Below, piece after piece: positions 7,460 to 13,155 of a DNA stretch of 13,155 nt (positions are counted from its first letter, which is position 1; each line of letters opens with the position of its first letter). Location: the NCBI GenBank assembly GCA_964588515.1, contig CAZPPU010000011.1, forward strand, positions 1 through 13,155. Direction: 5' to 3'. The notes beneath the pieces are model-generated. The model searched no databases. It was not told the DNA's origin and was given only the letters and a program-made list of their open reading frames with translations. A program made the position numbers and the translations under genes. The DNA is from an uncultured Nitrospirota bacterium (GTDB lineage Bacteria; Nitrospirota; Thermodesulfovibrionia; Thermodesulfovibrionales; JdFR-86).

Positions 7460-7982
7460 AGTAACGAACATAGTCTTTACGGGCCTCGGAGGCCGCGGGA
7501 TAATCACGGCATCGGATATCTGCGCGCTCTCGGCAGTTTACTCCGGTGCGGATGTGAAGAAGTCCGCGCTCAAGGGGATTGCCCAGAGGGGCGGGCTCGT
7601 CGTAAGTCATGTGAGGTTCGGCCCGAAAGTCCGCAGTCCCAGAGTAGAGCCGGGCGCCGCGGACTTCGCCGTAAGCATCGGCGGAAGGGAAAAGGCCGTC
7701 CCGTTCCTCGCAGAAAGCGGGATCCTAATAGATATGCCCGACGATATGATAAAAAAATACGGCCGTTTTGCGAACATCTACGCCCTCGGCATCCTGTCCC
7801 GGCATCTGCCTTTCGGCGCGGACGCATGGCTTCTTGCAATAAAGGAGAGGTTCCTCGACGGCGTGTGCTCGGAAAACATAAGAATATTCAGTGAGGGGGC
7901 TGCGGGCCCCCGCGATTTTGGGTCCGCGAGCCCCCGCGCTATAGGAATCAATGAAAGTCTGCTGTCTCATACCCGCATATAA
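7446..7982 (+). CDS. iorB: Indolepyruvate:ferredoxin oxidoreductase beta subunit. The likely start is the ATG at 7446; the six-frame ORF opens at 7389.
   Basis: MRLDKVTNIVFTGLGGRGIITASDICA... is the typical IorB/POR-gamma-like N-terminus. AAGAGA lies ~6 nt upstream. It overlaps the iorA stop by 14 nt. The C-terminal tail ...EGAAGPRDFGSASPRAIGINESLLSHTRI looks like an acquired extension that overlaps the next gene. Confidence 0.75.
   Translation: MRLDKVTNIVFTGLGGRGIITASDICALSAVYSGADVKKSALKGIAQRGGLVVSHVRFGPKVRSPRVEPGAADFAVSIGGREKAVPFLAESGILIDMPDDMIKKYGRFANIYALGILSRHLPFGADAWLLAIKERFLDGVCSENIRIFSEGAAGPRDFGSASPRAIGINESLLSHTRI
7896..7940. repeat. Second copy of the GC-rich ~44-nt element: GGGGGCTGCGGGCCCCCGCGATTTTGGGTCCGCGAGCCCCCGCGCT.
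   Basis: It aligns with 6683-6726: GC-rich unit, then GATTTTGGG, then a second GC-rich unit. It sits at the iorB 3' end, where it encodes AAGPRDFGSASPRA. Confidence 0.7.
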
Positions 7983-8622
7983 CGAAGAACGCACCATTGG
8001 GGCGGTCATCCGGGGGTGCAGGCCGCACCTTGCGGACATAGTCGTAGTGGACGACGGCTCGACCGACGGGACCCCGGAGGCGGCAAGGGGCGCAGGCGCT
8101 CATCTTCTCAGGCACGAAAAAAACTCCGGCAAGGGGATGGCCCTCAAGACGGGCTTTTCCTTTGCGCTCAAGGAAGGCTTCGACGCCGTCCTCTCCATAG
8201 ACGCAGACGGCCAGCACGACCCGGAGGAGATACCGAAATTTTTAGATGCATACAAGGCAGGCGGTGGTATAATTATAGGGGCAAGGCTTTGGGACAGGAA
8301 GGAGATACCGCTTCAGAGGTACATCTCCAACATGGTCGGGGTCTTCTTCATATCCCTTGCCGCGGGGCAGAAGATACCGGATACGCAGTCGGGCTTTAGG
8401 ATCTACGGAAAGGAGGTGCTCGAGGACATAGAGTTCGGGTCCAAGGGGTTTGAGGCCGAGACCGAAATCCTGATAAAGGCGGGAAGGGCGGGCTTCAGCA
8501 TAGGCGCCATCCCGGTAAGGGCTATATACCCCGAAAACCACAACAGCCATTTCAGGGCAGTGAGGGATTTTACGAGAATAAGTCTTACGGTCTTAAAAAC
8601 CATATATGGAGGTGTGAGATGA
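7951..8622 (+). CDS. Family-2 glycosyltransferase, short soluble form (DPM1 / polyprenyl-phosphate sugar transferase-like).
   Basis: 223 aa. N-terminus MKVCCLIPAYNEERTIGAVIRG is the GT2 signature, followed by VVVDDGSTDGT and a DAD (DxD-type) motif. There is no C-terminal transmembrane segment. The start overlaps the iorB tail by 32 nt, and the stop overlaps the next start in an ATGA. Confidence 0.8.
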   Translation: MKVCCLIPAYNEERTIGAVIRGCRPHLADIVVVDDGSTDGTPEAARGAGAHLLRHEKNSGKGMALKTGFSFALKEGFDAVLSIDADGQHDPEEIPKFLDAYKAGGGIIIGARLWDRKEIPLQRYISNMVGVFFISLAAGQKIPDTQSGFRIYGKEVLEDIEFGSKGFEAETEILIKAGRAGFSIGAIPVRAIYPENHNSHFRAVRDFTRISLTVLKTIYGGVR

Positions 8623-9032
8623 AAAAAATTCTCGCCGTTTCATTGGTCGTCTTACTCGTTTCGGTCGCCTTTGCGCAGGTCGAAAAGCCCGTTCCCGTAG
8701 AGGATATCATCAAGAAGGTAGACGAGCTAAGGGGCATGAAGGTGGAATTCACCCAGTACAACAAGGATATGAAAGGCAAGATTACCGAGGGAAGCGGAAA
8801 GGTAGTGAAAATCATGCCGCCGATGCCCTTCGGAAAGATGAACAGGGTTGCCGTCCTTTCGCCCGGAAGCAATCCCCCGGAGGGCTACAATGTCATCCTC
8901 TTTACCGCCCAAAACCCGATGATGGAACTCAACATAGGGCAGGTGATAAAGTTCAGGGGCTCATTTGACAGGGCCTCGTCGAAGTGGGCAGTAGTGGATG
9001 TCACCGGCGCCTACGAGGCGGAAAAGAAATAA
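8619..9032 (+). CDS. Small secreted/periplasmic protein of unknown function (paralog A).
   Basis: 137 aa. It has a clear Sec signal peptide (MKKILAVSLVVLLVSVAFAQ) and a strong RBS (GGAGGTG) ~8 nt upstream. It shares a ...G-[KT]-VV-[KD]...Y-[ND]-V-[IV]-L...GQ-[VT]-I-[KR]-F-[RT]-G pattern with the downstream ORF. Confidence 0.7.
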   Translation: MKKILAVSLVVLLVSVAFAQVEKPVPVEDIIKKVDELRGMKVEFTQYNKDMKGKITEGSGKVVKIMPPMPFGKMNRVAVLSPGSNPPEGYNVILFTAQNPMMELNIGQVIKFRGSFDRASSKWAVVDVTGAYEAEKK

Positions 9033-9048
9033 GCGCTTGGCAGGCAAG

Positions 9049-9444
9049 ATGAGATGTACAGCCTTTTCTCTGGCCCTGCTCCTGCTCTTCTTGGGCGCAG
9101 CCCTTGCCCTCACATTCGAGGAGGTCGAGGACAACCTCGCCCCGGATAAGAACACGAAGATATATGCCCGGAAATACTGGGAGAAGATTAAGGGCGAAGA
9201 GGTCTCATGGTCCGGCACGGTCGTAGATGTGAAAGGCGGCTTCAGGGACAGGTACAAGGTCTATGTGAAGATCGGGAAGCCGGCAAAGAAAAAATACGAT
9301 GTCGTCCTCGTAGTCTATGACGACGAGGGCGTTACGAGGCTTAAGAAAGGGCAGACGATAAGGTTTACGGGAACGCTCCGGGACTACAGCGACCTCTTGG
9401 GAAGGTTCAGCATCGTGCTTGACGATGCGACCCTGCTCCGGTGA
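9049..9444 (+). CDS. Small secreted/periplasmic protein of unknown function (paralog B).
   Basis: The six-frame ORF opens at 8998, but the ATG at 9049 yields MRCTAFSLALLLLFLGAALA, a typical signal peptide. The mature part (SGTVVDVKGG...YDVVLVVYDDEGVTRLKKGQTIRFTGTLRD) parallels paralog A and may be an OB-fold-like small beta domain. Confidence 0.65.
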   Translation: MRCTAFSLALLLLFLGAALALTFEEVEDNLAPDKNTKIYARKYWEKIKGEEVSWSGTVVDVKGGFRDRYKVYVKIGKPAKKKYDVVLVVYDDEGVTRLKKGQTIRFTGTLRDYSDLLGRFSIVLDDATLLR

Positions 9445-10748
9445 GAGGCCATCTCATCTCGCCCTGCAGGGACGAGGCCATATGGAGAAAGAGGCGGGGG
9501 ACATTCACACTGCCTCAGATGTCCCTCGCCATACTTTCCGCCCTCACCCCGCCCGATATAGAGATGAAGGTCACGGACGAACTCGTCGAGGATATAGATT
9601 TCTCCTATCCGGCCGATGCCGTTGCGCTATCCGTCAACACGACAAACAGCCTCAGGGCCTATGAGGTCGCCCGCATCTTCAGGGAAAAAGGGGCCAAGGT
9701 CTTAATGGGCGGCATACACCCCTCGATGCTCCCCGATGAGGCGGCCCTTCACGCAGACGCCATAGTCGTCGGTGAGGCCGAGGGGGTATGGCCTGCGCTG
9801 ATTGAAGACCTCAGGGGAGGCGGGCTCAAGCCCCGTTACGAGTCTTCGCACCCCGACCCCTCCGAGATACCCTTCCCCAAGTGGGACGCCCTCGACGCCA
9901 AAAGGTATTTCGTCCCCCGGACATTTCAGGTATCGAGGGGCTGTCCCTACGGGTGCAGTTTCTGCAGTTCCACAAGGTTCTTCGGGATGAAATACCGCAT
10001 GAGGCCCATAGGCGCGGCGATCGAAGAATTAAAAAGCTATCCCCGGAGGTTCGTCGTCTTTGTGGACGACAACATAGTCGGAAACCCGGACTACTCGAAA
10101 GAGCTTTTCACGGCGATGAGGCCGCTCAAAAAAAGATGGGTCGCCCAATCCTCTATAGACATCGCAAAGGACGAAACCCTCCTTCGCCTTGCAAGCGAAA
10201 GCGGATGCGCCGGCCTCCTCATCGGCTTGGAGAGCATCCGCTACGGGAACAAAAAGGATGTCAAGAAACTGAAGGCGCGCTCCGAATACGAAGAGACGAT
10301 AAGGAGGATAAAACGGGCGGGCATCGGGGTGCACGGCTCCTTTATCTTCGGCTTCGATGACGACGACCCTGAGGTATTCGACTCCACAGTGGACTTCGTG
10401 ATGAAAAACAGGCTCGAGGCCGCCAATTACTGCAAGCTCACGCCCTATCCGGGCACAAGGCTCTTCGAGGCGTTTCAGAAGGAAGGCAGGCTCATGCACA
10501 CGGACTGGTCGAAATACGACAGGTATAACATCGTCTTTAGGCCGAAGAACTTAGGCATAGACGAACTCAGGGAGAAGACCGACGAGGCATACCGGAAGAC
10601 CTACTCCATCCCCTCCATCCTCAGGCGCTGTCCCCCGGCGCTCAAGAGCATCCCCTATTACTTTGCAATCAACCTGAGCTACAGGGCAGGCGCAAGAAGG
10701 GTCTCGAATTTAAAATCCGGGCCCGCTAAGACCCCGCCTTCCGCTTGA
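9441..10748 (+). CDS. B12-binding-domain radical SAM enzyme (class B radical SAM; HpnJ/BchE-like architecture with a DUF4070-like C-terminus).
   Basis: 435 aa. The N-terminal cobalamin-binding-like domain reads ...GAKVLMGGIHPSMLPDEAALHADAIVVGEAEGVWPALIEDL. The radical SAM cluster motif is SRGCPYGCSFCS (CxxxCxxC). The C-terminus carries the TPYPGTRLF motif common to this class. The start is a GTG at 9441 that overlaps the upstream TGA stop (gTGA); the ATG at 9516 (MSLAILS...) is an alternative. The 3' end overlaps the convergent gene by 23 nt. Confidence 0.8.
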   Translation: MRGHLISPCRDEAIWRKRRGTFTLPQMSLAILSALTPPDIEMKVTDELVEDIDFSYPADAVALSVNTTNSLRAYEVARIFREKGAKVLMGGIHPSMLPDEAALHADAIVVGEAEGVWPALIEDLRGGGLKPRYESSHPDPSEIPFPKWDALDAKRYFVPRTFQVSRGCPYGCSFCSSTRFFGMKYRMRPIGAAIEELKSYPRRFVVFVDDNIVGNPDYSKELFTAMRPLKKRWVAQSSIDIAKDETLLRLASESGCAGLLIGLESIRYGNKKDVKKLKARSEYEETIRRIKRAGIGVHGSFIFGFDDDDPEVFDSTVDFVMKNRLEAANYCKLTPYPGTRLFEAFQKEGRLMHTDWSKYDRYNIVFRPKNLGIDELREKTDEAYRKTYSIPSILRRCPPALKSIPYYFAINLSYRAGARRVSNLKSGPAKTPPSA

Positions 10749-12081
10749 GCTCCTGCCATGCCTTCTCGGCCAGCCCGGCCCACTCACCGGCATATTTGTC
10801 TATCTCGGCATGGAAGTCCTTTACGATGTTTTCTGCGCCCGCATGGGTGAGATGCACTCCGGGCATCCTGCATACCTCCCTGTAGAACTCCGGGCGGTCT
10901 ATTATCATGCAGGGTCTTAGGAGGTTTTCGTTTTTACTCTGGTTTTCCCTGATCTTTTTAAACATGGGGGATGTAACGGCCTCCCTCAGGCTCACATCCT
11001 TTATGTTGTGCATCGAAAAGTGACAGAAGACGCAGGGCTCCACATCCCCTTTGGAGTTTATATGGAAGTATTTCCTTCCGCCTGCGATACAGCCGCCCAC
11101 TATAGGCCCGTCGTTCCAGAAATCTCCGAAGAGCATCTCCTTCGTCTCTCTGAAATACGCTATCCTCCGCCTGAGGAGGTCCCTCTGCTCGGGCGTGGGC
11201 ACGAGCTCCCAGTTGGGCTCCCTTCCAACGGGCGTATAAAGGAAATACCAGCCTATGGTGGCGCCCTGAGCCATGTAATGGTCTACGAAGGCATCGGAGG
11301 TGACAAGCCCGGCGTTGTGCCTCGTCACGGTATTGGAATAGGCGAAGAGCACGCCCGCCTCCTTTAGGAGCCCCATGGCCCTTATGACCTTTTCGTAATG
11401 GCCCTTGCCCCTTCTTCTGTCCGTCTCCTCCTCGAAGCCCTCGACGCTTATTGCCGGAAGGACATTGCCCAGTCCGGCAAGTCTCCCCACCAACTTTTCA
11501 TCCAAAAGCCCGCCGTGGGTGTAGACATGGAAGGACATATCGCTGTGCTTTTTGTATATGTCGAGCAAGTCGCCTCTGAAGAAAGGCTCGCCCCCGGAGA
11601 TTACTATGAAATAAACCCCCATCTCCTTGGCCTCGTTAAGCACCCTGTCGATGACCTCGAAAGACAGGTCTTCGTCCTTCTTGTACATACCGGCATAACA
11701 GCCGAAACAGTTGAGGTTGCACTTCATCGAGGGGCTTATTACGAAAAGCCCCGGCGGATAGAACCCTCCTTCCCGCTCGGAGAAGAGCTTCCTCTTGGTA
11801 GAGCCGACGAGGAGCTGGTTTATGACGAAGCTTCTAATAATGGCCTTCTTATGGTTTGGACTCGTATTTTTCAGGACCTTCATCGCCACCTTGAGGCTCG
11901 GATGCCCGGACTTCCACATCCGCCTTATCCTTCTAATGGCCCTCTTATAATGTTCCCTCGTCGTGGCCTTCTCCGCGATTCCCAGATATGAGATGAGGGC
12001 CTTCGGACTGCTCTTGGACATGAGGTAGACCATCCAGTAAAGGAACTTGGAGAGGAGTTTGGGCTTGAGCGTCTTCAGCAT
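10726..12081 (-). CDS. Radical SAM enzyme with a C-terminal Cys-rich auxiliary-cluster region (SPASM/twitch-like) and a ~110-aa basic N-terminal extension.
   Basis: 451 aa. Radical SAM motif MKCNLNCFGCYAG and the SAM-binding motif ISGGEPFF are present. C-terminal cysteines occur in GGCIAGGRKYFHINSKGDVEPCVFCHF and LLRPCMIIDRPEFYREVCRMPG. The N-terminal 110 aa are helical and Lys/Arg-rich, with no recognisable family match. The ATG lies 1 nt after the stop of the upstream B12-rSAM on the minus strand. Confidence 0.75.
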   Translation of the reverse strand: MLKTLKPKLLSKFLYWMVYLMSKSSPKALISYLGIAEKATTREHYKRAIRRIRRMWKSGHPSLKVAMKVLKNTSPNHKKAIIRSFVINQLLVGSTKRKLFSEREGGFYPPGLFVISPSMKCNLNCFGCYAGMYKKDEDLSFEVIDRVLNEAKEMGVYFIVISGGEPFFRGDLLDIYKKHSDMSFHVYTHGGLLDEKLVGRLAGLGNVLPAISVEGFEEETDRRRGKGHYEKVIRAMGLLKEAGVLFAYSNTVTRHNAGLVTSDAFVDHYMAQGATIGWYFLYTPVGREPNWELVPTPEQRDLLRRRIAYFRETKEMLFGDFWNDGPIVGGCIAGGRKYFHINSKGDVEPCVFCHFSMHNIKDVSLREAVTSPMFKKIRENQSKNENLLRPCMIIDRPEFYREVCRMPGVHLTHAGAENIVKDFHAEIDKYAGEWAGLAEKAWQELKRKAGS

Positions 12082-12082
12082 C

Positions 12083-13155
12083 TCAAAAGACCTCCTCTTT
12101 CATGACCGAATTAATCCACCGCTCCTCTTTATAGTTCAGCAGGTCTTTCTTGGACATCGGAAAGCAGGCAAACGATTTTATCAAAGGCCCGGAGTCCGTC
12201 TCTTCATATTTTTCCGAAGAGTAAAACTCCTTCCACGCAGTAAGATAACCCTCGTGGAGTTCTTCCGGCGTCATGCCTTTCGGAACGAATACGACCGAGG
12301 ATGTCGAGTATTTCGAGAAATCCCCCGTAATAAGCCTCCCCTCGATGCTGAGCCTCTCGTAGAGCCTGCTCTTGGGGTACGGGGTGAGGATGTGGAACTC
12401 GGCCTCTTCTATATTGTTTCTCTTTGCAAACCTCACCGTCTTTTCGAATATGTCCGGCCTGTCGTGGTCGAAACCGAAGACGAAGGAGGCTATGACCTTA
12501 ATCCCCATGTCGCGGATTCTCCGGATATAGTCCCCGGCCCTGCTTACCTGCACGCCGTCTATGACCTCATTCAAGCTCGCAGAGACCCATGGGCTCAAGT
12601 CTATATACATCGCCCAGCAGTTGCTTTCCTTGAGGAGCGCAAGGAATTCCCGGTCGCCGGCAGACGAAAGAGGGGCAAGGCCGACCCACCGTTTCCCGGC
12701 CCCGGCCATGCCCTTCAGGAACTTCCTCACCCTGCGTTTTGCGAGATTGAGGTTGTCGTTTACGACGAATATGCAGTCCTCGAGCTCTCCGAGGCCGGCA
12801 AGGAGTTTATCCGTGTCGAACATCCTGAATTCGGTCCCGAATGTCTGGGGCACGGAGCACATATCGCAGTTTACCGGGCACCCCCTCGACACCTGTATCG
12901 AATTCATCGGGATGTATATCCCCGACCTGAAAATACTCCACCGCGGGAGGGGATACTCCTCGGGAGGGGAAGTGCACCTGTAGACCTTTTCAAGACGCCC
13001 CCTCTTGAAATCCTCCATGACCCCGGGCCATGTGCCTTCCGCCTCGCCTATGACGATGGCGTCCGCATTCGCCGAGGCCTCTTCGGGCATAAGGGACACA
13101 TGCACGCCGCCGAGCACTACGGGGATCCCCCTTCGCCTGAAGGCGCCCGATATCT
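12083..13155 (-). CDS. Second B12-binding-domain radical SAM enzyme, paralog of 9441-10748. Its N-terminus continues beyond the window end.
   Basis: The radical SAM motif is SRGCPVNCDMCS. NADAIVIGEAEGTWPGVMEDF and TPYPKSRLY parallel the plus-strand paralog. The reading frame stays open to position 13155 (...ISGAFRRRGIPVVLGGVHVSLMP), so the true start lies upstream, outside the window. Confidence 0.75.
   Translation of the reverse strand, partial: ISGAFRRRGIPVVLGGVHVSLMPEEASANADAIVIGEAEGTWPGVMEDFKRGRLEKVYRCTSPPEEYPLPRWSIFRSGIYIPMNSIQVSRGCPVNCDMCSVPQTFGTEFRMFDTDKLLAGLGELEDCIFVVNDNLNLAKRRVRKFLKGMAGAGKRWVGLAPLSSAGDREFLALLKESNCWAMYIDLSPWVSASLNEVIDGVQVSRAGDYIRRIRDMGIKVIASFVFGFDHDRPDIFEKTVRFAKRNNIEEAEFHILTPYPKSRLYERLSIEGRLITGDFSKYSTSSVVFVPKGMTPEELHEGYLTAWKEFYSSEKYEETDSGPLIKSFACFPMSKKDLLNYKEERWINSVMKEEVF

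Noticed and set aside
6806-7507. 233-aa minus-strand ORF
   Set aside because: It is antisense to iorA, which has unambiguous TPP and ferredoxin motifs. It has no motif of its own.
8016-8399. 127-aa Arg-rich ORF
   Set aside because: It is an off-frame ORF inside the GT2 gene and has a GC-rich shadow composition.
8998-9048. N-terminal extension MSPAPTRRKRNKRLAGK of the second secreted protein
   Set aside because: It overlaps the end of paralog A. The ATG at 9049 gives a canonical signal peptide, so the shorter form is preferred. A longer form cannot be strictly excluded.
9881-10499. 159-aa plus-strand and 156-aa minus-strand ORFs
   Set aside because: Both lie inside the B12-binding radical SAM gene, either out of frame or antisense, and have arginine-rich shadow composition.
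11008-11991. 119-aa and 197-aa plus-strand ORFs
   Set aside because: They are antisense to the minus-strand radical SAM/SPASM gene, whose CxxxCxxC and GGE motifs are clear.

Overview
The 13.2 kb window has two parts with different base composition. Positions 1-2160 are lower in GC and carry, on the minus strand, a prohibitin/SPFH (band-7) membrane protein and a hicB-hicA type II toxin-antitoxin pair. The hicBA cassette is flanked by two copies of a ~31-bp repeat built around an ATTCCC-N8-GGGAAT palindrome, with further degenerate copies in the unusually long intergenic spacers. From ~2160 onward the sequence is GC-rich and begins with a tightly packed plus-strand gene string: hisG (long-form ATP phosphoribosyltransferase), a hotdog-fold (4HBT/YbgC-like) acyl-CoA thioesterase, a 789-aa MMPL/RND-superfamily exporter, iorA-iorB (indolepyruvate:ferredoxin oxidoreductase), a short soluble family-2 glycosyltransferase, two tandem paralogous small proteins with signal peptides, and a B12-binding radical SAM enzyme. 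Converging on it from the minus strand are a radical SAM enzyme with a C-terminal Cys-rich (SPASM/twitch-like) region and a second B12-binding radical SAM paralog that runs off the window end. No rRNA, tRNA, CRISPR array or transposase was recognised. The most interesting signal is the uncharacterised block of three radical SAM genes, a glycosyltransferase, paired secreted proteins and an exporter. Other points of interest are a ~44-nt GC-rich repeat inserted in-frame into both iorA and the iorB 3' end, the repeat-flanked hicBA insertion, and the sharp GC discontinuity.
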